Of a DNA stretch of 64,000 nt, positions 28,894 through 41,200 are shown piece after piece. Source of the DNA: Paecilomyces variotii (lineage: Eukaryota); assembly GCA_004022145.1 (NCBI GenBank), contig RCNU01000006.1. One strand, written 5' to 3'. Numbering within the stretch: position 1 is the stretch's first letter; each line of letters begins with the position of its first letter. The position numbers were made by a program, and so were the translations under genes. The notes under the pieces were generated by a model that was not told the origin of the DNA, made no database searches, and was given only the letters and a program-made list of their open reading frames with translations.

Positions 28894-29886
28894 ATGGATA
28901 CAAATGCAGATGGCTATCTAGTAGCCTCCTTTCTCAGACCGGGGAGTATGCTTCGACAAATAGCAGAAGTACGGGACATCAGGGATGATTGGACGGGAGT
29001 GACAAGCACGGCAGAGAGGAAAAAGCGCCAGAACCGTCTCAATCAGAGGGCACATCGTAGGCTAATCCCCATTGCGCATTATCCGGGCGCTGATCGCTGA
29101 CATATCGCGCTCTTCCCTGCAGGAAGAAGGCAGCACGCCCAGCAGAGACATGCTCTTGTCACTCCAAGTGAGTCCGCGGCGCGCGGCCATCAACTTCCAC
29201 TAGACCAGCAGCAAGACAGCAGGGACAGCGAGAATAAGCTTGCCGCCAAAGATGAAAGCAACCTGGGTAAGGGCTATCTCCTCCTAGCTTCACCCCATCA
29301 ACGTGCTTGGATCCGCGCCTTTATGCGGAAAACCTATGAGCATTACAGCCTGAACTCGCCACAACCGACACAATTACCAATGCTGATCCGGTTAAATGTC
29401 CTCAACGCCCTGTCACACAATGCTACCCTACTCGGCATTCCGGTCGAAGGGCTATGTCGCGATGAGTTTATATCGCCCTTCAGCGAACAAGGCCCGTGTT
29501 CCTCAGACGCAATCCCGCCATCACCATCCTGTGCCGCAAATCTTCTCCCCACAGTCTTACAGAAGACAGTCAAACATCATCCTTGGATTGACCTCTTTCC
29601 CATTCCGCGGATGCGGGACAATATTCTCAGCGCGATTGTTGCCGGTGTCTTTGATGAAGATGAGCTGTGTGGTGATCTCCTTAGCGTAGAAGATGACGGT
29701 CAAGGTGAGAAGCCGGCTCTTATTGTCTGGGGGGAACCGTGGGATCCCCGGAGCTGGGAGGCCAGTGATGCCTTCTTGATAAAGTGGGGTTGGCTAATCG
29801 AGGGATGTCCCGAGATTCTCGAGGCAACCAACTTCTGGCGCCAGAGGAGGAGAGAGAAGAAGTTTATCTTTAAAATGTTCCGGTAA
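28894..29886 (+). CDS. bZIP-like / DUF3425 putative transcription factor, 2 exons
   Basis: DDWTGVTSTAERKKRQNRLNQRAHR basic region; LLPTVLQ..HHPWIDLFPIPRMRDN, LIVWGEPWDPRSWE, TNFWRQRR. Confidence 0.85.
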
Positions 29887-29972
29887 TATACCAGTGGCGG
29901 ATCCGACGGGGGTTTGGGGGTTCTTCGGGGGCGATTGTTTTTCAGATTCGGTTTAGGTCTTACAGGAGATAA

Positions 29973-30058
29973 ACTTATGTTTGTTCCTTCTTACTCCTGC
30001 TGCTTATACCCTTATATCCTACTGTTTACAAGGCGTAGTATGGGCAGATTGGGAGTGT
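29973..30058 (+). repeat. 86-bp direct repeat, copy B
   Basis: About 90% identical to 15309-15394. Confidence 0.9.
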
Positions 30059-30299
30059 AAGCGTGCGAAGGGGATAAGAAGGTTAGATTCTGCCAAGTGC
30101 TGCTTACTACGGGCGCCAATATACAGCAGCTTGTTTATTTATGATTTAATAAAAAGCTAAAGTTATAATAATATTTCCCCTCTTTTGTTAAGCTTGTTTT
30201 TAGATTATTTGTCACGGTGTCGCTCCCAGGGTGTATTCCGGGTCTAAACCGCTGCACCAGCCCCCCAGGTTATTGACGGCATTCGGCTGGTTTCGAAAG

Positions 30300-31275
30300 C
30301 GACTATCATGAACTCCGAGAATATCCACCACATAGGAGTCAACGGTCGAATAGGTTTAATCAGAGTGTAGATGTGTTGGGATCTCCTCGTTCTCCAACTG
30401 TTGTATGCCAATTGATAAGGGTCGATTTGTTAAACTTAAGAACCCATTGCTAATCGATAGTGAAGGAACGGATTTGTGGCGGAGGAATTCGACTGATGCT
30501 TAATAAGACCCGAGAGAGACCACGAAAGAAATTGGCGCGTAATTTGAGATAATGCCGTTTGTCCGACCACGTTTGGGAAAGCATTCCCCCTTGTATTTCC
30601 CCAATATATTGTATCAACAAGTAACCAGCACCCTTGACGCCATCACCAACATGTCTTCCACGAAACACGTAACTCGAAGGAACTGGACGTCCTAGCAATG
30701 ACAGCAGTCTATAACGCAAGGACTGAAAGCGCCAGATAAGGAACGGTAGGTTTTCAAGCCTGGTGAACTAAGCTCCGTTAGTGAGTGTAGGAAGTTGTGA
30801 GCACAGTCGGCTATTTACAGTTTAACCTACGGAAGTGGAAAAGCCGTACAGTCGTGGAATTGGCACGTCTGGACAGTTCCCTTGCAACCATGCATAGGTT
30901 CCTGCTTCGCACCGAATCTTCTCGTCCCCATGTCCGGACCTGAAGGATTCACCGATGCGATGAAAGGAGAGGAAATCAAAGGAGGACACGTCGGCCTGGT
31001 TGCTGTCTCCCTGTCCAGTTACCAAGAGTCACTGGAACGCAGAGATTAAAGCTTCCATGAAGCCAATCCTTTATTTCTGCGACCTGACATGCAGCAGCTG
31101 ATAAAAGGCCTAGATGATAAGCAACTATAACCTTCATCCAACTGCGTTTGCTTTCGAGGCGAGCAAAGAATCGGACCTGTTGATCGTAATAGCTTAGCTT
31201 CTGAAGGATGTTAACTTCCTCCTCCTTCGGGATCGAGTAGATGTCCTTTCCCAAGAGACGGTGCTTTTTTGGCAT
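30300..31275 (-). pseudogene. Fungal aminoglycoside-phosphotransferase (APH/kinase-like) family remnant
   Basis: WLHGSFNLCVPV, GDEKIRCEAGTYAWLQ..PDVPIPRLYGF, GYLLIQYI; stop at 30976-30978 plus a frame change, a further stop near 30450, and 3' truncation. Confidence 0.78.
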
Positions 31276-31779
31276 GCTGGTAGACATATATTCCTATACA
31301 GCAAAGGCACAAGCGATTTCACAAGAAAGACTCTTGTATGAGAAAGCCGGAATTTTTCCATATTTAAAGATGATGCAATATAAAAGACTGCTTCAATATT
31401 TCGGGATTAGACTGGTACAGCAGAGCAGGTCTGGATGGACGAGTACTTACTGCAAGTCTGCCACGCGGATCTACAAAGGTCTGTGCGAGGTGAGATCACC
31501 TGCAACTATCCTGTTGCTATGCGTCATCCCTCGTTTTAATAATGCCGCCTTCTTCTAACTATGCATTCTAGTTGATCTTATATTAATATTATTGATACAA
31601 GTCTCTTTTGCATTAACAATGGGTAATTTTCAAGTATTCACACAGTAGCATCTAGGTAACCTCATTCTGGTTTGTAAAGTATTGTATAAAGCTAACTGTG
31701 CAAGGAGAGAATGAACTCTGAAATTCAATCATAAGAGAAACGCCAGCTATATATGAGATTAAGTATCGTGTAACCTCCC

Positions 31780-34388
31780 CTATTGCCCGTCCTGCCTTTG
31801 GAATGCAGGAACCTTCCTTTCTTCGTTCTCATTGGCATTGTTCAAAATGATATCCTTCAAGATGATATCATCTTGTGCAGGTTGAAATTCAAGTTGCTTT
31901 TGCTTTCCTTTTTCTGATGATGGTTTCTCTGAGGATGACGGCGATGTCGATGGCTCCGGCACGATATCTTCTGCTGCATCTTTCTTAGAGGCAGAATCAG
32001 GCTGGGAAACAGATTCGGCCAAAGAAACAGCGTCCTCAGCGATGACCTTTCTGGTCTTTCCCCATCCAAAAGAGTCCATGTTCCAGCATGAATATAGTAG
32101 AACGGAAATATTAATGAATGGACCACAGAAAGTATACAGGGCACAACCGGCCCAGAATTGGAAACGGTCACGCCAGGCCTTGCACAACCACAATGGGATG
32201 CACAGGTAGTAAACAAGAGGGATCAACATAACGCTGACAAAACACATGATGATCCAGGCAGGAGTGTCTAATACGCAGTTAGTGGTTCTGTCATCAAGTC
32301 TCTTGGCGTTAGGTGCTTTTACTTACGGGTCATAGCGAAGATGAAACTGACAACGCTTGCAAAAATGAAGAAATTCAGGAACCAGGTAAGGCAGTTCACG
32401 ACAGCGATGATTCTCTCGAACCATTGGACACCGGGCGCCCACACCAGGAGCAAGTCGTTAGACGTGGCACCAAGTGACCAACGTCTGCGCTGGGATAAGA
32501 ATACAGACCATGTGTACGGGACGTCGGTGTAGGCCTTCGCCTTCAAAGCTTGACGGGTCTGGACTTTGGGACGCATAGAGAGCATGTGGCATACGTGGTT
32601 ACGGTCCTCACTGGCTGTAGCCCGGATTTGGGTCAACATGCCATCGGTCAGTGTGGGACAATAACCGAACTTTTCGACCAGGACTTCCTGACCACAGGTC
32701 TCTTCACATATCTTCAGCAGTTGACAGCACCCCGGAAGACAGGACACTTTATGAGTGGCAATAGATTGATGCAGACGACGAAGACCTTGCGCAATAGTGT
32801 ACTCTGCAGATTGGTATAGACGCCACGGATCCCAGTGGCCGTCTTTCCAGTCGACAGCGACGTAACCGCAGACTCCAACTGTGTGGGGGTACCGCGACTC
32901 CTTAAGGAGCTCGGAGATGCAGTAGTCGTCGAAAACCGTGTCCGCGTCCATTCCGACCAGGTGGTCAACGTTGTCAATGCCCGCCTCCTTCAGGAACGAA
33001 GCCATGAATCCGAAGAACCTGGGAGAGAAGATGGTTTCAGGATGCTCCGCGCGCACATTGTAGTTGTAGAGGAACGAGCGGACAACAATGAGACTGTCCC
33101 GCTTTCCTTGGTTCTGCTGCTTCACAATGCAGAAGTACGGGACGCCTCGGTAGGTGCCCTTCTGGACAACAACATCCATGAATTCCTGGTCCCAGGCTAG
33201 GTATGCGCCGCGAATGCGAACACGGTAGTCTTTCTGCACGAGAATGTCTTCGAATAGATAATCTGCTGTCGTCTTATCCATCCCAGGGCCGCGCACCTTA
33301 CCGTCACAGATAATCATAACTGCTTGGGGATGCTGGCCAATGTCCTTCTGTGTGACAAGGGAGTCCAGTGACTTGGTCATCTCCTCCATGGTCTCATTAT
33401 AGCACGGGATGAGGAGCACCAGGTTTTCGGGCTTCTCAGGCATGATTTGTTTTTCCGGGAAAATGCGATGCCAGATAACATGAGCGCCGATCGAGAAGAC
33501 CATTATGCTGTTCAGTGCGACAGTAGCGGTGATGAATGGAAGGAGGACATAAGCGAATCTAGGCCACCACCAGGTGACAAAGATGAAAAAGCCATTCATC
33601 AGGACGACTGCTGCTTGCATGAGGTGTTTTTGGGAGACAATGGTCCTTCTGCCTCGTCGGCGAACCTTTGGAGTATCCTCAACCCGAGCCTTGGGTGTTG
33701 CAGTTGTAATGCAATCTTGCCATTCCTCAATGGAGGGTTCTGACGGACCATGGGCTTGGAGATTCTTCTCCTCGGTACTCGACCCGGGTAGTGTTTCGAC
33801 AGCAGCAGCAGCTGACTCTTCTTCGATGTCGATATCCCAGCTGCCTCGCGGCCCTGCTGGTGGCACAAATGGCTGTGCCAGGGGCTCTGGGGTAATCAAG
33901 GAGCTCTTTCGTTTGCCCTTGAGCGTGAGATCAGGCGAGGAAACGCTGGTAAGTGAAGAGTCATCCTTGAGCTCTAAGCTGTGAGCGGTCTCATATCGAC
34001 TGATCACGTCAAATGAAACTGGCGACGAGGTCCTTCGCTGGCCGAAACCATCTGGGACCGTTGATTTTGAAGAGGGCGAAGAACTGCTCTGGGCATTGGA
34101 GGATTGCGTCGTAGTAGGCTCTATAGCTACCTCAGCACTGCGGGTAGATGAGCCCGAGGCAGATCGACCGGATGAGATTGAGCGAGTAGAAACTATCGGT
34201 ATTTTGGACGGCAGCGTGGAGAACACTTTCCCTAGAATCGACCTTCTGCCCCTGCTATGGCTGCTTTTCACTTTCGCGATCGCAACTTTTTGAGGCAAAG
34301 TGATGGTCTTGACTGCGATGGGCAGCCCATCTTGGTCGGCTGATTGAAACACCACCTCTCCGTTCTGAGGTCCGATGGTACACATCAT
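31780..34388 (-). CDS. Divergent chitin-synthase-like processive glycosyltransferase (GT2); exons 32327-34388 and 31780-32267
   Basis: IPCYNE, ICDG, NQGKRDS, MDADT, QSAEY, SCLPGC, SEDR, SQRRRW and SFGWGKTR motifs; 2 N-terminal and several C-terminal TM segments; Ser-rich N-terminus. Confidence 0.92.
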
Positions 34389-35137
34389 GAGACGTTACCG
34401 ATGGCGGCGACGGGAAGAATAGTAAACAAAGTATGAGTACTATTTGTGTATGGGGGTATTCTTTCGTCTTGTGGAATTGAAGGTATCCTTCCGCCTGCGG
34501 GAGACCTTAAGAATTGCACGATTGACGTCGGGCGTGGCAATCAATGGTCATATACCTGGAGGTCCTGGGTGGGAGGCAAATTTCAGAGACCTCTGGCCCT
34601 GGAAATAACAACAGAAAAGACAGAGACTGCTCGTGGATAATGGCGTGCGCATTGCGTCCAGGGATTTCTGGCCCGTGTTTACTCGATTAGTTTCTGGCCA
34701 AAGTATCTGGCCAGGCTCGCGGAGCCCTTTGTCACGATCGACACTATGAAGCCCATGTCCACTAGCTGCTGGGCGAATAGGAATCCCAAGGTCTAGATCA
34801 TACTCACGAACCGTGGATCTGACAGTTCTGCGCCTCCAACGTTATTTTAACTTTGGATCGTTCGCTGGTTTCGCCAACTTCCGAATATGGCCATTACCGT
34901 CAATACAAGGGCAAAACACATCGCGTAAAATTCCCTAGGATCACAATCTCAGTAATGATATTATCATCATCTCTGAACGGAGGCAAACATGCTTCCTTGG
35001 CCTACGAGGCCTACCTGACGGATCTGGCTTCAGGCCAAGACCTTAAGAATATTGCCCATCACCCGTTCATCCTACCTATACCTCATTGTAACTCACAAAG
35101 AACAAACGTACAGATTAACGGAGAAGAAATAACGACA

Positions 35138-36379
35138 ATGGACTATTTCCCTTTTGTCCACGGCTCCTATTACCCTTCCTGGAAGGTTTACAGAGGGCAA
35201 ACGCCCTCGACACTGGACCTAACCGCCACAACTCATGTTTTCTATGCTTTCTTGAGGTGAGTTACATACCACCGTCTATTCTGGGGGAGGGAGGAGCCAC
35301 AGACTAACTATTCCTCGTTGGGTAGACTTCTCCCCAATGGCGACATTCAGGTAAGCTTGACCAGATGCGACCCACGTTCCACCTAACTGACTGTTCGCTT
35401 AGCATCTGGACGAAAAGGCTGACCTTGAGTACCCCACTGACGGGACAAAGGGCTGTCTGAATGCTCTGTCACTCCTCAAGCGTGAGAGGTTCCCCCATCT
35501 GAAGCTCATAGTGTCTCTTGGGGGTGGCAGTGGAAGTGGTCCATTCGCGGAACTCGCTGCTGTCCCTGAAAGCCGCGCTAGACTTGCGCAATCTGTGCGC
35601 AAGTTCGTTGATCAATATGGATTCGACGGCGTCGATGGTATGAAAACTCATTCTTTTACTCCCTCATCCTCACATTCCCTCATGGCATATTGACCAACAT
35701 CGACCTAGTCGACTGGGAGCACCCATCCACACCGGAGCAGGGCAAGAACTACGTTATTCTCCTCGGGGAGCTCCGAAAAAGCCTCCCCGCCCCCAGGTAT
35801 CTTCTTACCACGGCTTTGCCGGTTGGTGAATGGAGTCTGCGCCACATTAATCTAAAGACCGTGGGACAGCTAGTCGACCTAGTCAATCTGATGTGCTATG
35901 ACTTTGCTGGCCCGTGGACTAAAATGTCAGGCCACCAGAGTCAACTGTACTCACCTACACGACCCCACAATGACTTTGCGAAGCGATCCGTCCATGGGGC
36001 TGTGACTTATTTTCTCTCTCACGGAGTTCATCCTCGCAAGATCGTACTCGGGATTCCACTTTATGGCCGGCAGTTTCCGGGCCTGGACCGTGTTGGGCAG
36101 AGCTTCCATCGTTATGCTGGAGACGGAGGTATACTAGACTACAAGGACCTTCCTCCACCAGGTGCGCAGGAGTTTGTTGACCAAAAGCTCGGTGCCGCCT
36201 ATTGTGTCTCCAAGGATGCGGGATTTATTACCTATGACAACCCGACTACAGTAGCTGCTAAGGCGCAGTACGTGAAGGCGCACAAGTTAGGAGGACTATT
36301 CTACTGGACAGGCACTGCAGATGCTCCGCCAGGGCCTCGTAGCCTTATCACTACAGGATCGCGGGAACTGTTTTCTTAG
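35138..36379 (+). CDS. GH18 chitinase-like hydrolase without signal peptide, 4 exons
   Basis: YYPSW, THVFYAF, SLGGG, spliced FDGVDVDWEHP (DxxDxDxE), NLMCYDF, LGIPLYG, LGGLFYW. Confidence 0.9.
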
Positions 36380-36883
36380 TGAAGAGCATACCATGTTGCT
36401 CAAATTACATTGTGGCAGTGAAATTATTGTTTATAACCGTGTGATGTAGCCTTTTTCTGGACTAGAAGTTGAGATAATTCGATGCCCAACAATTCAATCT
36501 TGATTCATTGGGAGCTAGGAGAGGAGAAGAAGCATTACCTGTGCGGGCACTAAAGACTCTTGCACCAGCCGTCCAAACATAATTTCCAAGGATCTCTACT
36601 GGGTACAGTACAATGAAAAAGACTATCTGCACGGTTCAAGGTATATTCACTATTATGAAGTAATTCCAAGGAGAGATATGGTACGTTTTTCTTTTTAGAA
36701 AACCTGTTACGAATGCTCATTCTTATAATAGCGGAGACCTAAGTAGATAAACTATATAACAAATCATTATTTCAGTATATTTAAACCGTCCAACCTATCT
36801 ATCCAATGATGACAGCAATCAGGACATATACATGAATCGTTAAACTAAACGCCTCAAACCAAAGTCATTTTCATTCTTTTTCT

Positions 36884-38254
36884 TCACGATGCCGTAAAGT
36901 TCTCGACGTGGACTCCATCAAGATTCCGTAGGACATCCATATCCAGCCCCACCTGGTTCACAGCGACGATGATAATATCGAACTGCTCCTCAAGAGATTC
37001 TTTGTTCCAGTCCTTCTGGTCATCCAGTCTGGGGACGTAGGGAACCGCTTCTTCACTGACAAGGGGATCGGCAAACTCTACGTATGCCTCCCACTCGTCG
37101 AGCAAGTGGCGGGTGAGAGCAAGGCCAGGAGAGTTGCTCAGGACGGATTGACCACGCTTGAAGCCGACTCCAACTACGAGAACTCGAGTTCGGTCTGACT
37201 TTGGAGGTCCCGTCCAAGAAGCCTTCCGACGATTGAGGTATCTTCTCATCACACGATCACCCAATGTAGCAGGGCGATTAGCCATCTTCTCACTTGCTGC
37301 CTTGAGGAGAGGGAAGTCACAGTTGGAGAGAAGATAGTATGGGTTGACAGGAATGCAATGTCCGCCAACACCAAGCCCAGGAGAGTAGGGCATGTAGCCG
37401 AATGGCTTCGAGGCAGCAGCAGCAGACACTTCGTGTGGGTTGATCCCAAGAGTATGGCACGCATCGGCCATTTCGTTTGCGTGCGCAATGCAGACCATGC
37501 GCTGGCAGTTCTCGTAAAGCTTTGTCATCTCTGCGACCTCGGGGGAAGAGACAGGAACAAGGTTTCGGAATACTTGTTCGTATAGTTCTTGGATGCTGGA
37601 TAGTGAGCCGGGAACGATGTCATCAAGACCAGAAATGATCTTGGGAATGTGTTCAAGAGGGGGATCGGTGCGGCCAGGGTCAACGCGCTCAGGCGACATG
37701 CCTGCCTTGAGACCCTTCAGAAGCATGACCTCCTTCAGCAGGTCTCTGCTCATGCCCACTGCAACGGAGCTCTCGATTACGACTGTGGAGCCAGGTCGTG
37801 CGTATTGTGCAACAAGATCAATGGCACTTCTGAGATGTTGTGTATCCACAGTGTTGTCATGGTGCAGCCGTGTAGGAACGGAGATCAAGAAGTGTGTTGC
37901 AATCGCCAGTTCTTCCGGGTTGGTGGTACAGTGGACCTTCAGGTTGGCCATCAGGGGCTCAATCTCACTGAGACGACGTTGATCGACATCGAAGGCAATA
38001 ACGTCGTGGACTCTCCCGAATGCAGTAGCAAGTTGGTAGCCGATGTAACCGACTCCAATAACAGCAACGATACTGCGACTTTCTCGGGGTGGTGGTGTGA
38101 CCTCGATAATAGGCACGTCGAAGAAGTATTCATCTGCCTTCTCGAGATTGCCATTCGGAGGCGGCGTGGGGAGACCAGTATTAGAGCGCATCAAGCCCAT
38201 GAGTGACCTTTTGTCCTCATAGACCGGAGTTGTAAACGACGGAACGAAATCCAT
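36884..38254 (-). CDS. Nucleotide-sugar dehydrogenase (UDP-glucose/GDP-mannose DH family, UDP-N-acetylhexosamine DH-like), intronless
   Basis: VIGVGYIG, ISVPT, IESSV, SPERVDPG, AEMTKLYEN, GVGGHCIPVNP (catalytic Cys), GVGFK. Confidence 0.92.
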   Translation of the reverse strand: MDFVPSFTTPVYEDKRSLMGLMRSNTGLPTPPPNGNLEKADEYFFDVPIIEVTPPPRESRSIVAVIGVGYIGYQLATAFGRVHDVIAFDVDQRRLSEIEPLMANLKVHCTTNPEELAIATHFLISVPTRLHHDNTVDTQHLRSAIDLVAQYARPGSTVVIESSVAVGMSRDLLKEVMLLKGLKAGMSPERVDPGRTDPPLEHIPKIISGLDDIVPGSLSSIQELYEQVFRNLVPVSSPEVAEMTKLYENCQRMVCIAHANEMADACHTLGINPHEVSAAAASKPFGYMPYSPGLGVGGHCIPVNPYYLLSNCDFPLLKAASEKMANRPATLGDRVMRRYLNRRKASWTGPPKSDRTRVLVVGVGFKRGQSVLSNSPGLALTRHLLDEWEAYVEFADPLVSEEAVPYVPRLDDQKDWNKESLEEQFDIIIVAVNQVGLDMDVLRNLDGVHVENFTAS

Positions 38255-41200
38255 TGTATAATATGAAGATATGTTTTGATTCACTGTACGGCTCACAGGT
38301 TCAAGTATTGGATTATGTCTTTATAAAGCTTACTCAGGGGATGTTTCAAGTATTGAAGTTTGCAGATTCCTTAGTATTATATATGTGTTTCGAAATCTGA
38401 AGGGCAATATCAATGACTGCCTGTCCCCAAGGAGCCAAGAATGCTCTCACGCCACTTTCCAGATGTCCATGATCCTCTGTTGTAATCTCGCCCCAGCTTC
38501 TAGGCGGGTCCAGATTCCTGAGGTTTAAGCCTTAGCTCCTCTCCTCGTCTTCGTTGACCTCCTTCTGCATCGCAAGACAATCACTAAGTTGCGGAGGCAG
38601 ATGACCGCATTAGTTCAATAAGGTGGTTAGACAGATCCCCTCGGACGCTAATTTGTCAATGTGTATGTAGAGGTAGATCGCTTACAATAACCCTCGCCTA
38701 GATAGGATCTATCAGGTGGTCATCATAGCCGGTGGTTAACGTATAAACTTAGCTTTGTAACGGCGAATCTCATACTGTCTGTATTCTACTGTACGAGGCG
38801 GTAACAGAGTACGCGGATAAAACCATGGATCTTCCCGTTCTTAACCACGGTATGTAATCACGACCATTCTACTATAGTTCACAATAGGGCTGAAAAACTT
38901 TTTCCCGAGCAATCTAGATTTATGTCTGGCCCATAACCGTCGATTATGTCCCCGCAGTGTTTACAGGCAAAACGGCCCGACCGGTGTCATGGCGCTGGAC
39001 AATGGAACTCTTTGAACTGTTGATCATGAATTCAGAGTTGACTTCAAGCTTGGCTACTGGTCTGATATCAGGCGGCTTTCATCGTTCTTGCTATCGTTTT
39101 TCCTATCAGATGATAGTTATAGTAGTATGATACAATATCCCAAGGATGTAGAGTCAGTATTGGAGACAGAAGAACTAAGCATCAATTGGTTACTTACTTC
39201 CAGTTGCCGGTTAGTTGGTATGAAAAAGGTATTCTATCTAAACATTGATGCCTGACTGCACACATCCTACCCATTAGAGCCGAACAAAACCATTTCCCTT
39301 GATTTTCCTCGAAGTTGAACAGTGGTCTGTTCTATAGAGCGAACGAATGCAGCCGTTCGCGGGTTAGTTGCGAACTGTGGGTCCGTCGAAGTTTAAGCGA
39401 GTTCCTGCATTGAGCTTAATCCAACTGCTGCCAAGACTTCATCACCGGATTCGTGTTGAGCCGGCAAAAAAGGGGGTGACAGTAGCCGACCAACCATCAT
39501 AGTAGTACATTCCAATATTATGGTGCAAGCGGCGTGGAGAGGATCTACCGTATTCTCCGAGACAGGTACGCTATATTCCGGCCATGTCCAGTGTAGAAAA
39601 GAATCTATTTCATGGGCCTAGCTGTATGCGGCTGTCATCGAGCGCTTTCATCGTCTAGAACTCGTCCAGACACAACAGTCTAGCCCTATACAAGAAAATA
39701 TAAGCAGAAAAGACTAAGGTGATTTGATTTCAGTCTTCTAGTGAACCACGGGAGAGTAACAATTAGGGTAAAGGTTCCGTTTTCTTCCTATCTTCAGCAT
39801 CGCCGGAAATGGAAATAATTGGGGCTGCAATGGGGAAATCCCAAAGAAAGAAGCGCTCTAGCTTCGGGAAGCTCCGAATGCGAAAAGCTAAGAAATAGTT
39901 GAAATTTCCCTCGCTAGAGCACCCATCGTTACTGGTCGTAACCAGGGCCTTTCGTTGAAGCCACGGCGTCCAGATGTCTGGCGCTTGAGAAAAACTCACC
40001 ACGTGCTCAACAATGGCCCGAATTGTCCACGCCTTCCTCCACGTTTTCGAACAATTCAACTATGGACGGAACACCCCAACAATAGCTTACATCTCTAGGA
40101 ACGTTAGTCGCGGAGATCTCCGCAGCCATATGGTGCAGGGGTCTTCATCCTTCTAGAACCCGGTCTAAAGCCGCCACATGTCAGGAAGATCTATTGATGG
40201 TAGGGTTTGAGCAGAAAACTTTCTCCTTTGAAATCGGTCGAGGAAAACGTTGTACTACGTCTGGAACATGAAAGAGTGTGCGATGATCTGCGCCATGTTG
40301 TGAGCATATCTTCCTCCAAGCAATGCTGGCAAGCAAGTCCTCCTCGAAGAAGAGAGTATTCGGGCATGGAGAACACATTATCGGCAATTTTGGGTGATCA
40401 TTATGAGATCACTCACCCCACTGCCACTGAATGCAGCACGCACCTTGGTAAAATTACGAGCAGGACAATTCATTGTTCAAGTTACGAGAACCTCTTCTAT
40501 TGACTTTTACGTTCTACACCCCTATCAATATTTCCATTTATCTCTGATTTTTCTCCTTGACTGCCTGGCAAATAATCGGTAGCACAGTCTCGCTTTCTCT
40601 TGCGTTTGGGGGATTATGACATTTTTAAGTCATTATTCCTCCCAGGGGCACTTTACGGCAGCATGGTAACTTTGTCCCATGAAATCATTTCCCCATATAT
40701 ATCAAAGCTACACACACTCCATCAACATGGCACAGGTCAAGGTTACACCCGTATGTCTATGCGCACCGTTACCGTTCAGGGGAGGCGGGATAAGCGCAGG
40801 TATGCGTTCAGTGGCACTTTAATCGCCTATATACTTTGACCTTTCCAACTCAATCGAGTAGATGTTGCATCACCTTCGTCATATTAGAGTTGATGTGTGC
40901 CTGAGGATACCAAGGCCTTTCACGGTTGCTTTCTACTAGGGTTGTTACCTCTGCGTCATAGGGAGAGGCCATGTCACATATGACGATAAGTCACATTATA
41001 GAACATGCACATATCCTGAGTCTCACTGAATGTGAATCATGGTAATTGCGACCCAAGGCTTGGCATTTAGATCTAGCCTGTGATGACCGCAGAGCTTCTG
41101 CTCAGTACATGACATCTAGCGAAGAAGGATTTGACGTTGTTGAACCAAAAGGAAATGAAGGCAATGCACTGATGTCACATGCACAAGGATATATACTTGG

